A stretch of 64,000 nucleotides of DNA from Cyanobacteriota bacterium (lineage in GTDB: Bacteria > Cyanobacteriota > Cyanobacteriia > Cyanobacteriales > Nostocaceae): NCBI GenBank assembly GCA_046045965.1, contig JBJOKS010000008.1:64001-128000 (forward strand), in the 5' to 3' direction. A program made the translations under genes and the position numbers. Position 1 is the stretch's first letter. Each line of letters starts with the position of its first letter. Of this stretch, positions 1 to 17,150 are shown piece after piece. The notes beneath the pieces were generated by a model. It worked only from the letters and a program-made list of their open reading frames with translations. It was not told where the DNA came from and searched no databases.

Positions 1-168
1 GAATTTAGGAAAATCAGAATGTTGTCTGAGTCTTTCATTAATAGTTTTCATCACTACTTCTTGACCTAAGTAATGATGCGTAGCTTTGAAGGTAATACCA
101 AATCCACCTCTCCCTATTTCTTGGATTATGGTATATTTTCCACTCTGCAAAATTGTACCTGTTAACAT
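1..168 (-). CDS. Ser/Thr protein kinase, N-terminal part (runs off the left edge)
   Basis: Not in the ORF track. Manual translation from ATG at 168 gives MLTGTILQSGKYTIIQEIGRGGFGITFKATHHYLGQEVVMKTINERL, with a GxGGFG P-loop and the VxMK lysine of Hanks-type kinases. Confidence 0.85.
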   Translation of the reverse strand, partial: MLTGTILQSGKYTIIQEIGRGGFGITFKATHHYLGQEVVMKTINERLRQHSDFPKF

Positions 169-462
169 AGGGATTCTTGAGTCCTAATTGAGCAGCTGAC
201 ACTCCCATCAATGGTTTTGTCTTTATCAGTCTAGAACTTTTTTGTGGGTTTGGAGTTGAGGAGTTGTTTGGTGGATGATAAAGGGGAGTGTTTGCACAGG
301 ATAACTGGAATTTGCGGAACTGACAAGGAATTTAAAGCGGATGTGGATACCTTTAAGATTTATTTTTATACAAAAAAGCGGGAATTTTAGATAGCGAAGC
401 TATGCTGCAAGCAGTTTACCAGTTCTAAATCCCCAAACGATCAATTTTCCTTATGTGACAGT

Positions 463-1446
463 TTAGGGTGCGGAATGTGGGATATTAATCTTTAAGGTTT
501 CCTGATTAGGAATTATTCTTGCATCATCAGATGATTCATCTTCAAGTGTGGAAGATGGGTTAGAACGAAGTCGAATTAAATAGAAGCCATCTTTTTCAAC
601 CACAGGAGTTGTGTGTTTTTCTTCCTTGATCTGATACCAAATAACTGGAAGACTAGAACGATTATATATAGTTAAATAGACATCATATTTATTCAGTAAT
701 AACGGATTTATTTGGAAGTTTAAAGAGCAACCCTGATAAATCACCCCATAGAAAAACTCGTTATTTGTATCTCCAACAGGTAAATATTCTTGCTGAACCC
801 ATTTTTGTGATATCCATTTTTGGCAAATGAGTAGAGTGAATATGTAATAATTAAGGCAGCGATAAAAAATATTATCTCGTACTGTTAAATTTTTGAGGTA
901 ATCGTTGATATCATCATTGTTAATTGCTTGAGTATTAATAATTTGATTTCCATCTACATTGATAGCTGGTAAATCAACCTGATCAGACCAACGATAGTAT
1001 CTTATGCCTAAAGTATATTTTCCAGGATTAAGCTTTAATTGATGCCATTGTTCCTGAAAACTTGAACCATCAGATGCTATATGTGTAATAGCTTTTGCAC
1101 TAGGGAAGCTATAAACACCAATAGTCCATGATTGGGCTGAATCTAGACAAGATTTTACATCTATGGCTAACGATTCCTTAACATCAAATGGTCCAGCACC
1201 AGCAGCAATTACATGGGGATTCCAACGGGGACCAGTAACTAGAATAGATGGTAATATTAAAGGCTTTCTTAGTAGTTCATCAGAGTATAATAGCCATTTA
1301 AAAACTGTTTTTTTGTTAAAATTTGCATTGATATTTACAAGAGTGCGTATTAAAAACCTCACAGTTTTAAAGAATATCCAAGATAAAAAAGCCAGTGGAA
1401 TTTCCCACAAAAGTTCTATATCTAAAAGGTTTTCGCTATTTCTCAT
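463..1446 (-). CDS. PKS-associated protein of unknown function (tentatively DUF6208-like)
   Basis: 327-aa ORF starting 24 nt after the stop of the last PKS gene, same strand. It has a hydrophobic N-terminal helix and a GPRWNPH motif. The family name is from recall and unverified. Confidence 0.7.
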   Translation of the reverse strand: MRNSENLLDIELLWEIPLAFLSWIFFKTVRFLIRTLVNINANFNKKTVFKWLLYSDELLRKPLILPSILVTGPRWNPHVIAAGAGPFDVKESLAIDVKSCLDSAQSWTIGVYSFPSAKAITHIASDGSSFQEQWHQLKLNPGKYTLGIRYYRWSDQVDLPAINVDGNQIINTQAINNDDINDYLKNLTVRDNIFYRCLNYYIFTLLICQKWISQKWVQQEYLPVGDTNNEFFYGVIYQGCSLNFQINPLLLNKYDVYLTIYNRSSLPVIWYQIKEEKHTTPVVEKDGFYLIRLRSNPSSTLEDESSDDARIIPNQETLKINIPHSAP

Positions 1447-1470
1447 TGATTAATTACCTGATGGTGTTGT

Positions 1471-8148
<6,678 letters not shown>

Positions 8149-8149
8149 G

Positions 8150-11100
8150 TTATACCTCCTTGTTAAGTAGGTTTTGGATCTGTTTGAGTTTTTCGGTAAT
8201 CGCGTCCGTTGCTGGTTCTGGGGAAGTTGCTTGTTTGTCTCCAGAAACATCTACTGGTGGTTGTTGTTGACCATTGTTGGCAATTTCAACCGTCGCTGCT
8301 AGTTTTTCTGCCAAAACCTCTGTGACTAGATACTCAGCTAAAGACTCAATATTCGAGTATTCAAACAAAATTGTTGAGGAAACAGCACAACCCAAACTGG
8401 TTTGTAGCAAATTTCTTAACTCTAAAGCCAGCAAAGAATCCATTCCCATATCAAAAAATCCTAGTTGTGGGTCTAGCAGTTGAGTGTCAGGGAATCCTAG
8501 TAACTTACCGACAACACCTTGGAGATAAGTCGTCATTATTTGGAGGCGATCACTCGTTTTAGCTGCCTTTAGTTCTGCCAAAAACTCGTTAGTCTGAGTT
8601 TCTTGGACTACAGATTGAGAATCAATAAATGCCTCCAATACTGGCATCTTCATTCCTGCTGGCAATTGTGTGACAAATTGAGGCCAGTTCACAGGAAACA
8701 CCCCTACTGAAGTTGCAGATTGACCCAACAACCGATCTAAAAGTTGCAACCCCTGTTCTGGAGGAATGCTACCCATACCTAGAGAACGAATTCGGCTTTG
8801 GAATTGATCTGCTAACCGACTTGCCATACCGCTTTCTCCCCAAGCACCCCAGTTTACACTTAATCCTGGTAAACCTAGCGATCGCCGATGCTGTGCCAAG
8901 CCATCCAGGAAAGCGTTAGCGGCTGCATAATTACCTTGACCAGTTGAACCTAACAAAGATGCTGCTGAGGAAAAACCAACAAAGAAGTCCAACGGTAACT
9001 CCTGTGTTAATTGGTGCAGATGCCATCCCCCTTGAATTTTCGGAGCCATGACTTTTGTAAACCGTTCCCAGTTCATCTGCTGTAGAACCCCATCATCCAA
9101 GACTCCTGCGGCATGAATCACACCCCGCAATGGTGGTAGGGATGCCTTGATCTGTTCTACAATCCTGGCTGCATCTTGTTTAACCGCAATATCTGCCAAC
9201 AATACTGAAACTTGAACTCCGGTTTGTTCTATTTCGGTAATGGTTTGTTGTGCTGTTTCTGAGGGTTGCCGTCGTCCTGTCAATACCAAATGTTTAGCAC
9301 CCTTATCTGCCAGCCACTTAGCCAACTGTAGTCCTAACGCCCCCAGTCCACCAGTAATTAGATAACTGCCTTCAGGAGTAATGGTAATTTCTGGCTGTTC
9401 TTCAGTAATTGCCTGTTTTTGGCGTACCAGTCGCGCTACCCGACGTTCTCCCTGACGGTAAGCAATCTGATTTTCGTCTGTTGTTGAGCAGAGTTCTTGA
9501 TGTAGCTGTTGTACCAGTTCTGCTTCTGTGGTGTTCGCTTCTAAGTCAAGTAACCGACATTGCAGTTCTGGATGTTCGAGAGCTACCACCCGACCTAATC
9601 CCCACACTGGTGTTTGTTGCACTTGCACTGCTTCGCCGTCTGTACCCATACTCATCGCTCCTTGGGTGACTACCCACAAAGGAGCTACCTGTTGCTGTTT
9701 GGTCTGTACCAAAGCTTGTACCAGATGTAGCAGACTCGAACAACCAGATTCTATGGCTGTTTCTAACTGAATATCAGTTGTTGACAGATTCCACAGATGA
9801 ACAATTCCCTGAAGTTGTGAGTTTTGAGCAGTGATTTCACCTAACAGACGTTTAAATTCTTCGGGAGCAGTGGGATTAAGTTGATAGTGTTTTGCGTCTA
9901 TCTTTTGATAACTTAAACCAGGCGATACAAAAATACATCCTGTACCCAATTTTTGCACTAACCCTTGTGCCAAAGTCCCTGGTTCTGTAAATACTAACCA
10001 GTTTCCTGTTGTTTGTTGTGAAGGAGTTGAGGGTTTTTGGGCTTGCCATTCTAGTTCATAAAGCCAACGCTGTGGTGTTACCTCTGAATAAGATGATAGT
10101 TGAGCCAGTATTTGTTGATTCCACTCAGCTATTTTTTCCTTGGATAACTGTTGTTGCTTTTGAGCCGTTAGCAATACATAGCTGGCTATGCCTTTGCTGA
10201 GAACTTTACCTAATTGATAGTAAGATTTGAAACCAGACCTGACGTTATCATCACGATTTCTTTGATACAACTGCTCCAAACGTTCCTCAAAGTCTGCATC
10301 GTACAAAAAGTTAGATATTTCTGGACTCACATCAATGGCTGCAACCAATTGAAGATGATGTTCAGATAGTAACTCTACCCACTCTGATTTAGTAATAAAG
10401 TAGGAAGATGTTTCTTGGTGATCAATGGACAATTCGCTGTTAGAGATGAAATCTGCTAACACCAAATATCCCTGTTGATTCAAATGATTGCCGATATTGG
10501 TAAATAATGCTTTTTTATCGAGAATGTGGTGGGCAACTTCAAACCCAAATACTAAATCATAGTTGTCGGGAAACTCATCTTTGGCACTATCTCGATTAAA
10601 GATTTTTACCCGTTCTTGGAGTTGATTTTCGTCTGCTTTTGTGCTACCCAGTTTGGCTTGTTCACTGGAAATTGTGTAGCCATTCAATTGCAGATGTTCA
10701 TGTTTTTTGGCTAACTGAATTAAATCGGAAGCGTATCCACAGCCAAAGTCTAAAACTTTTTGACAAGCGGAAAAATCAACTTGAGCAAACAATAATTTTC
10801 TCAACTCTTTTTGAGACTCAAGAATCATCTGACGTGATTTTTCTTGATTCGGTTCGGTGAGACATTTAATCCAAGAAAAATCAGGTACTTTTTCCGGGAA
10901 TAACCCAAAGGTTAAGAATGCGGAGTCTGATTTTGCATCTTCCTGATTTCCAGCTTGTTCTTGACCCAAAATTGCGACAGCATTGTAATATTCGTGAACG
11001 ACACCACCTTTAAATTCCAGATAATTTTGCTGTCTTTTAACCAAAAGTCCCAGTAATTTTGGCAGTAATTCTCGCTCTTGTGCGGTCAGTTCCCCAGCTA

Positions 11101-13951
11101 ATTCTAATTCCTGAGCTAACCCCTCTGTTGCACCTTGGTTGAGCAATTGCACAATTGGCGTTGAAACAGTTTTATCATTGTTTTGTTCCACTTCCTGCCA
11201 ATAGCGTTGCCGTTGAAATGGATAAGTTGGCAATGTTACTTTGCGACGGGGATAATCACTATCAAATCCTGACCAATCTATTGCTACTCCTTTTGTGTAT
11301 AGTTGCCCTAAACTGGAGAGGATTTGTTGCCAATCTTCTTGCGGTGGACGTAATGAAGGCAACCAAGTACCTACTTCTTCTGGTAAACATTGACGACCCA
11401 TTCCCAGGAGTATGGGTTTAGGTCCAATTTCCATGAAGATTTTATATCCTTCCCGATGCAAAGTTTGCATACTCTGGGCAAAATGTACTGGTTGTCGGAC
11501 ATGGTTTACCCAATATTCTGGGGTGGTGATGGCTGCTGTTGCCTGTTTTCCGGTGACATTAGAAATTATGGGTATGCACGGTTGATTGTACGTAATTTCT
11601 TGAGCAATAGCTGCAAACTCCCCTAACATTGGTTCCATCAGCGGGGAGTGGAAAGCATGAGACACTTGTAGGGGTTTGGTCTTGATTCCCATGTCTGCGA
11701 AATTCTGACAAATTGCTTCTATGGCTTCACCAACACCAGAAATCACAATACTGTCTGGACCATTGATAGCTGCGATTGCTACTTTATCTGCATAAGTGGC
11801 AATTGCTTCCTTTACCTGCGACTCTGAGGCCAAAACGGATACCATCTCTCCACCGCTGGGTAACTGCTGCATTAACCTGCCCCTAGCTGCAATCAGTTTT
11901 AGTCCATCTTCTAGGCTGAATACGCCGGCTATAGTTGCTGCTACATATTCGCCTACGCTATGACCCATGACTACATCTGGTTTGATGCCCCAAGATTGCC
12001 ACAATTTAGCCAAAGCGTATTCTATGGCAAAAAGCGCAGGTTGAGTGTATGCAGTTTGATCTAAAAGTGCGGAATTTTCTACCAGTGCTGTTGATTGTGG
12101 ATAAAGCACCGATAACAAAGGCTGATCTAGGTAAGGACGCAGAATTTCATTACATTCTTCCAAAACTTGCCTAAAAGTGGGTTGAGTTTGGTATAGTTCC
12201 CAACCCATATTTACATACTGGCTACCCTGACCTGTAAACAGAAAAGCTACTTTAGGTGAACTTGTGCTAGTTGAGATTTGACCAGAAAATAGTCCAGTAA
12301 CTTCCTTACCTGCGGACAGATTGCTGAGTTTTGTAGCGAGTTCAGCTTTATCACCAGTAATCACTGCCAGTCGATGATTAAAATGCGATCGCCCTGTATT
12401 TGCGGTGTAACAAATGTCTTTTAGCTCTAATTCTGGATGATTTTCCAGATGTTGGGCATAACTACGAACTAATTCTTCCAGAGCCTTGGGAGTTTTTGCT
12501 GAGAGAGATAATATATCTAATTTACGTTCTAAAGATTCTTCTGATGGAACTTGTGCTGGTGCTTCTTCCAAAATTATATGCACGTTTGTCCCACTAATTC
12601 CGAAGGCACTGATACCCGCCATCCTGGGCTGATTACCGACATTCCAGGGAATTGCTGAAGTAGGAACTACCAAAGGCAGTTGATGCCAAGGAATATGGGG
12701 ATTGGGTTGGTTTAAGTGCAAATGGGGTGGTATTTCTTGATTCTGAAGCGATAAAACCACCTTAATCAAACCAGAAACTCCTGCTGCTGCTTCCAAATGC
12801 CCAAAATTGGTTTTGACTGAACCTACTACCAAGGGTTGATTTATGGGGCGATTTTTGCCATAAACTGCTGCCAAAGACTCTAACTCAATCGGATCTCCCA
12901 GAGATGTTCCAGTGCCGTGCGCTTCCACATAGCTGACTTGATGCGGCTCTACTCTCGCATTTTGTAGTGCTTGCTGAATTACTTCTTTCTGAGCCATTTT
13001 GTTGGGAACTGTCAGACCGCTACTTGGTCCGTCATGGTTGACAGCCGAACCTCGAATCACCGCTAAAACGTTATCACCATCAGCTATAGCATCGGAAAGA
13101 CGTTTTAGAACTACCATTCCACATCCTTCTCCCTGTCCATAACCATCTGCGGAAACATCAAATGTTTTGCAGCGACCATCTGGAGCTAAGGCTTTCAATT
13201 GGCAACGAGCAATAGTGCTGAGTGGCCAGAGAATCAGATTTACTCCACCGGCGAGGGCAAGATTAGATTCTTGGGAACGCAAGCTCTGGCAAGCTAGATG
13301 GACAGTTAGTAATGAAGAGGAACAGGCAGTATCTAGCTGAATATTCGGACCTTGTAAGCCAAGGAAGTGAGAAATACGACCTACAGCCATACTGCGGGCG
13401 TTACCTGTACCAGAATGACTATCAAATAAGTGGAGCTTTTCCAGACTCACATTCCGTTGGCCATAGTCATCTGTGCAAATACCTACATATACACCTGTTT
13501 GGCTATTTCTGAGTTTTGTTGGTGTTTGTCCGGCATTTTCTAGAGCTTCCCAAGTAACTTCTAAAAGCAGTCTTTGTTGAGGGTCTAAACTTACTGCTTC
13601 TCTGGGAGAAATCCCAAAAAATACAGGATCGAACTGGTCTACTTTTTCGATAAAACCACCTTGTTTGGTGTATGTTTTCCCAGGTTTATCGGGATTGGGA
13701 TCATAGAAGGCATCAACATCCCAGCGACCAGGTGGGACTTCTGTTACACCATCAATACCTTCATGCAATAAACGCCAGAATGAGGCAGAGTCATTGGCAT
13801 TACCAGGAAATCTGCAACCTAAACCAATAATGGCAATAGGTTCAGTTTTTTCTTTGTTGACTGCTTCCAGTCTATTTCGCATTTCTTTGATAGTTTGAAG
13901 CACTTGTTGAGAGGAAACAATTTGTTGTTCTGTCTCTGAATTATTAGTCAT
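8150..13951 (-). CDS. Type I PKS module KS-AT-O-methyltransferase-KR-ACP (CurL-like)
   Basis: Intact KS triad; [24 protein letters not shown] and GFEVAHH placed between AT and KR; KR LDD; ACP MGMDSL. The likely start is ATG at 13951 (MTNNSE), just past the upstream stop. Confidence 0.93.
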   Translation of the reverse strand: MTNNSETEQQIVSSQQVLQTIKEMRNRLEAVNKEKTEPIAIIGLGCRFPGNANDSASFWRLLHEGIDGVTEVPPGRWDVDAFYDPNPDKPGKTYTKQGGFIEKVDQFDPVFFGISPREAVSLDPQQRLLLEVTWEALENAGQTPTKLRNSQTGVYVGICTDDYGQRNVSLEKLHLFDSHSGTGNARSMAVGRISHFLGLQGPNIQLDTACSSSLLTVHLACQSLRSQESNLALAGGVNLILWPLSTIARCQLKALAPDGRCKTFDVSADGYGQGEGCGMVVLKRLSDAIADGDNVLAVIRGSAVNHDGPSSGLTVPNKMAQKEVIQQALQNARVEPHQVSYVEAHGTGTSLGDPIELESLAAVYGKNRPINQPLVVGSVKTNFGHLEAAAGVSGLIKVVLSLQNQEIPPHLHLNQPNPHIPWHQLPLVVPTSAIPWNVGNQPRMAGISAFGISGTNVHIILEEAPAQVPSEESLERKLDILSLSAKTPKALEELVRSYAQHLENHPELELKDICYTANTGRSHFNHRLAVITGDKAELATKLSNLSAGKEVTGLFSGQISTSTSSPKVAFLFTGQGSQYVNMGWELYQTQPTFRQVLEECNEILRPYLDQPLLSVLYPQSTALVENSALLDQTAYTQPALFAIEYALAKLWQSWGIKPDVVMGHSVGEYVAATIAGVFSLEDGLKLIAARGRLMQQLPSGGEMVSVLASESQVKEAIATYADKVAIAAINGPDSIVISGVGEAIEAICQNFADMGIKTKPLQVSHAFHSPLMEPMLGEFAAIAQEITYNQPCIPIISNVTGKQATAAITTPEYWVNHVRQPVHFAQSMQTLHREGYKIFMEIGPKPILLGMGRQCLPEEVGTWLPSLRPPQEDWQQILSSLGQLYTKGVAIDWSGFDSDYPRRKVTLPTYPFQRQRYWQEVEQNNDKTVSTPIVQLLNQGATEGLAQELELAGELTAQERELLPKLLGLLVKRQQNYLEFKGGVVHEYYNAVAILGQEQAGNQEDAKSDSAFLTFGLFPEKVPDFSWIKCLTEPNQEKSRQMILESQKELRKLLFAQVDFSACQKVLDFGCGYASDLIQLAKKHEHLQLNGYTISSEQAKLGSTKADENQLQERVKIFNRDSAKDEFPDNYDLVFGFEVAHHILDKKALFTNIGNHLNQQGYLVLADFISNSELSIDHQETSSYFITKSEWVELLSEHHLQLVAAIDVSPEISNFLYDADFEERLEQLYQRNRDDNVRSGFKSYYQLGKVLSKGIASYVLLTAQKQQQLSKEKIAEWNQQILAQLSSYSEVTPQRWLYELEWQAQKPSTPSQQTTGNWLVFTEPGTLAQGLVQKLGTGCIFVSPGLSYQKIDAKHYQLNPTAPEEFKRLLGEITAQNSQLQGIVHLWNLSTTDIQLETAIESGCSSLLHLVQALVQTKQQQVAPLWVVTQGAMSMGTDGEAVQVQQTPVWGLGRVVALEHPELQCRLLDLEANTTEAELVQQLHQELCSTTDENQIAYRQGERRVARLVRQKQAITEEQPEITITPEGSYLITGGLGALGLQLAKWLADKGAKHLVLTGRRQPSETAQQTITEIEQTGVQVSVLLADIAVKQDAARIVEQIKASLPPLRGVIHAAGVLDDGVLQQMNWERFTKVMAPKIQGGWHLHQLTQELPLDFFVGFSSAASLLGSTGQGNYAAANAFLDGLAQHRRSLGLPGLSVNWGAWGESGMASRLADQFQSRIRSLGMGSIPPEQGLQLLDRLLGQSATSVGVFPVNWPQFVTQLPAGMKMPVLEAFIDSQSVVQETQTNEFLAELKAAKTSDRLQIMTTYLQGVVGKLLGFPDTQLLDPQLGFFDMGMDSLLALELRNLLQTSLGCAVSSTILFEYSNIESLAEYLVTEVLAEKLAATVEIANNGQQQPPVDVSGDKQATSPEPATDAITEKLKQIQNLLNKEV

Positions 13952-13952
13952 T

Positions 13953-16900
13953 TTATATTTCTTGGTGAAGTAAAAGTTGAATTTCTTTAAGTTCATCCTG
14001 AAGAGCAGTCGCAATTAGTTCCTCTTGAATGGCCTTGGCGATCGCTTCTTCATCTAATGCTTTGAGTTCTCTATCAACAAACTGTTGTTGATTCTCATTG
14101 CTATCAATTTCCAATTTCTGCTCTAATTCCCCTCCGAAAATCTTTGTTATTAAATACTTGGCCAGCTTTTGAATATTAAAATGCTCAGACAATGTGGTTA
14201 CTGAAATAGAACAATTGAAACTTGTTTCTAATAGATTCCTGAGTTCGAGCATCGTCGAATAGTTCATACCCATATCAAAGAATCCTAACTGTGAATCTGG
14301 ACTTTGGGTATCATCAAATCCTAACAATTGAGTAATCAAATCTTGCAGGTAATTTATCATTAGCTGCTGGCGTTCTCCCTGGGGAGTTTTCTCCAGTTTT
14401 TGGAAAATTCCTAAGTCTTGTGCTGGCGATTGATCATATTCTTGAAACCGAGTAGTTAAAATTTTTAGGAGTTTAGGTAGCAATTTTTGCTCTTGTTCTG
14501 TCAGTTGTTCCTGGAAATTCAACTCATCTGCTAACTGCTCCGTATTAATTTTATTTAGTAATTCAGCAATTGTATTTAGGCTATTGTCCAGGATATCTTG
14601 TTGATGTCCATTTTGTTGATTTCTTTTTTCAGAAGTTTCCAGCCAATAGCGTTGTCTTTGAAACGGATAAGTAGGCAGTGCTACTTTGTGTCTCGGATCA
14701 TCTCGGTCAAACCCGGACCAGTCCACTTTCACCCCTTTTACATACAACTGCCCTAAACTGGAAAGCATCTGTTGCCAATCTTCTTGATCAGGATTTAATG
14801 AAGGCAAGCATAATCCCAAATCTTCTGATAAATATTGCTGTCCTATTTCTACGAGTATTGGCTGCGGACTAATTTCCAAAAATAGTTTATATCCTGACTG
14901 ATGCAGAGTTTGCATACTCTGAGTAAAATCCACAGGTTGTCCGATCTGGTCTATCCAATATTCAGGAGTGGCAATTTCTGATGTGGCTTTTTCTCCAGTT
15001 AGATGAGATATGATCGGGATCTGAGGCTGGCTGTAGGTAACTCCTTTAGCTACCGCTTCAAATTCCCCTGATCTAGATTCTACGAGCCTTGCTCTAGTTG
15101 TAATCAGTTTCAGTGCATCTTCTAAGCTGAATACTCCAGCAACAGTTGCTGCTACATATTCGCCTATACTATCACCCATCACCACATCTGGTTTGATGCC
15201 CCAAGATTGCCACAATTTAGCCAAAGCGTATTCTATGGCAAAAAGTGCTGGTTGGCTATAAGCGGGTTGGTCTAGTAGAGATGAACTTTGCTTATCTATG
15301 GTTGGAGGATAGAGAACGGAAAGCAGGGGATATTCTAAATCACCACGGAGAATTTGATCACATTGGTCGATGGCTTGCCGAAATACAAATGTTTTTTGAT
15401 ACAAATCCTTTCCCATTTGTACATACTGGGAATCTTGAGCGGTGAATAAGAAGGCTACTTTCGGCGAACTAGCATTGCTAGGTAATTGCCCGGAAAATAG
15501 TCCATTTACCTGTTCAGCTTGTAAATAATGATGGAGTTTTTCTGCTAATTCTTGTTGGTTAGTGGCGATCGCAGCTATTCGATGGTTAAAGTGGGCGCGT
15601 CCAGTATTGGCTGTATAACAAATGTCTGCTAGTTCCAATTCCCGATGATTTTCCAGATGATTGCGGTAAAGACTGACTAACTCTTCCAGAGCTTGTGGAG
15701 TTTTCGCCGACAAGGTTAATAGATGAAGTGGACGTTCGCTGGCATTCTCTATTTTCGCTGGAACGGGGGCTTCTTCTAAAACGACATGAGCATTGGTACC
15801 ACTAAAACCAAAAGAGCTAACCCCCGCAATTCGTGTTTGCGAATTAACTGACCAAGGAGTGAGTTGAGTTGGGACACTAACTGGTAGTTGATCCCAGTTG
15901 ATGTAAGGATTAGGCTTCTTCAGATGCAAATGGGGAACAATTTCCTGATGTTGCAATTGTAGGACGACCTTGATCAGACCTGCTATACCCGCCGCCGCTT
16001 CTAAGTGACCCATATTGGTCTTGAGTGAACCAATCATCAAGGGATTTTCTTGGCAATGATTCCCACTAAATACTGCCCCTAATGCCCCCACTTCAATGGG
16101 GTCTCCCAGAGATGTACCTGTACCGTGGGCTTCAATATAACTGACCTGGGATGGTTCAACCCCGCCATTTTCTAAAGCCTGAGAAATGACTTTTTGCTGG
16201 GATGGTCCATTGGGTACTGTCAAACCGCCAGAAGAACCATCATGGTTAATGGCAGAGCCTCGAATCAATGCTAAAATATTATCTTGGTTTTTGATCGCAT
16301 CTGAGAGTCGCTTGAGGACAATCACACCACAACCTTCCCCCCGCACATAACCATCCGCGTCGGCATCAAAGGTTTTACAACTACCATCAGGAGATAACAT
16401 TCTCGCCCGTGAGAAGACGATGCTGCCTTCTGGTGAGAGCAGCAAGTTTACCCCACCTGCTAAGGCCAGACTACACTCCTGCTGACGCAAGCTTTGACAG
16501 GCTAAGTGTACAGCGACTAAGGAAGAAGAACAAGCGGTATCTACAGCCAAAGAAGGTCCAGTTAATCCCAGAAAGTATGAAAGTCTGCCGGCAACAGTGC
16601 TGTAAGCATTGCCAGTGCCAAAATAAGCATTGAGTTCCTTAGCTGCTGAAAGTCTTCTAGCGTAATCATTATTACAAATACCAATAAATACTCCTGCGGG
16701 GCTGTCAGATAACTTTTCAGGGACTTGATGAGAATCTTCTAGGGCTTGCCAACTCACTTCCAGCAATATGCGCTGTTGGGGATCAAGACTCATTGCTTCC
16801 CGAGGTGAAATATTAAAGAAACTCGCATCAAAAGTCTCTACGTCATTGACAAAACTGCCGTAACGGGTATACATTTTGCCGATCGCATTGGGATCGGGGT

Positions 16901-17150
16901 CATAGTAGGCATCAGCATCCCAGCGAATTTTCGGCACTTCGGTAATGGTATCGACTCCATCGCGCAAGATCCGCCATAATACTGCTGGATGATCAATTCC
17001 TCCTGGGAATCGGCAGCCCATACCAATAATTGCAATTGGTTCAGTCTGGGCATATTCTAAAGCATCCAACTTAGATTGCATCTTCTCTAGTTGAAGTAGA
17101 CCATCTGCCAGCAAAGACTTATAGTCTATACTTCTTGGCTCTTGCTTCAT
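13953..17150 (-). CDS. Degenerate PKS module KS-AT0-ACP0 (intact KS, inactive-looking AT and ACP)
   Basis: [22 protein letters not shown] is intact. The AT has TAQDSQ for TGQGSQ, GDSIG for GHSVG, and lacks the segment containing HAFH. The ACP reads GMNYSTM instead of GMDSL. No KR. Confidence 0.88.
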   Translation of the reverse strand: MKQEPRSIDYKSLLADGLLQLEKMQSKLDALEYAQTEPIAIIGMGCRFPGGIDHPAVLWRILRDGVDTITEVPKIRWDADAYYDPDPNAIGKMYTRYGSFVNDVETFDASFFNISPREAMSLDPQQRILLEVSWQALEDSHQVPEKLSDSPAGVFIGICNNDYARRLSAAKELNAYFGTGNAYSTVAGRLSYFLGLTGPSLAVDTACSSSLVAVHLACQSLRQQECSLALAGGVNLLLSPEGSIVFSRARMLSPDGSCKTFDADADGYVRGEGCGVIVLKRLSDAIKNQDNILALIRGSAINHDGSSGGLTVPNGPSQQKVISQALENGGVEPSQVSYIEAHGTGTSLGDPIEVGALGAVFSGNHCQENPLMIGSLKTNMGHLEAAAGIAGLIKVVLQLQHQEIVPHLHLKKPNPYINWDQLPVSVPTQLTPWSVNSQTRIAGVSSFGFSGTNAHVVLEEAPVPAKIENASERPLHLLTLSAKTPQALEELVSLYRNHLENHRELELADICYTANTGRAHFNHRIAAIATNQQELAEKLHHYLQAEQVNGLFSGQLPSNASSPKVAFLFTAQDSQYVQMGKDLYQKTFVFRQAIDQCDQILRGDLEYPLLSVLYPPTIDKQSSSLLDQPAYSQPALFAIEYALAKLWQSWGIKPDVVMGDSIGEYVAATVAGVFSLEDALKLITTRARLVESRSGEFEAVAKGVTYSQPQIPIISHLTGEKATSEIATPEYWIDQIGQPVDFTQSMQTLHQSGYKLFLEISPQPILVEIGQQYLSEDLGLCLPSLNPDQEDWQQMLSSLGQLYVKGVKVDWSGFDRDDPRHKVALPTYPFQRQRYWLETSEKRNQQNGHQQDILDNSLNTIAELLNKINTEQLADELNFQEQLTEQEQKLLPKLLKILTTRFQEYDQSPAQDLGIFQKLEKTPQGERQQLMINYLQDLITQLLGFDDTQSPDSQLGFFDMGMNYSTMLELRNLLETSFNCSISVTTLSEHFNIQKLAKYLITKIFGGELEQKLEIDSNENQQQFVDRELKALDEEAIAKAIQEELIATALQDELKEIQLLLHQEI

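Noticed and set aside
169..462. att-site duplicate of the tRNA-Leu 3' end at the left island border
   Set aside because: No matching sequence was found by eye.
13953..17150. Calling PKS3 a pseudogene
   Set aside because: It has no stops or frameshifts, and its KS, docking ends and translational coupling are intact.
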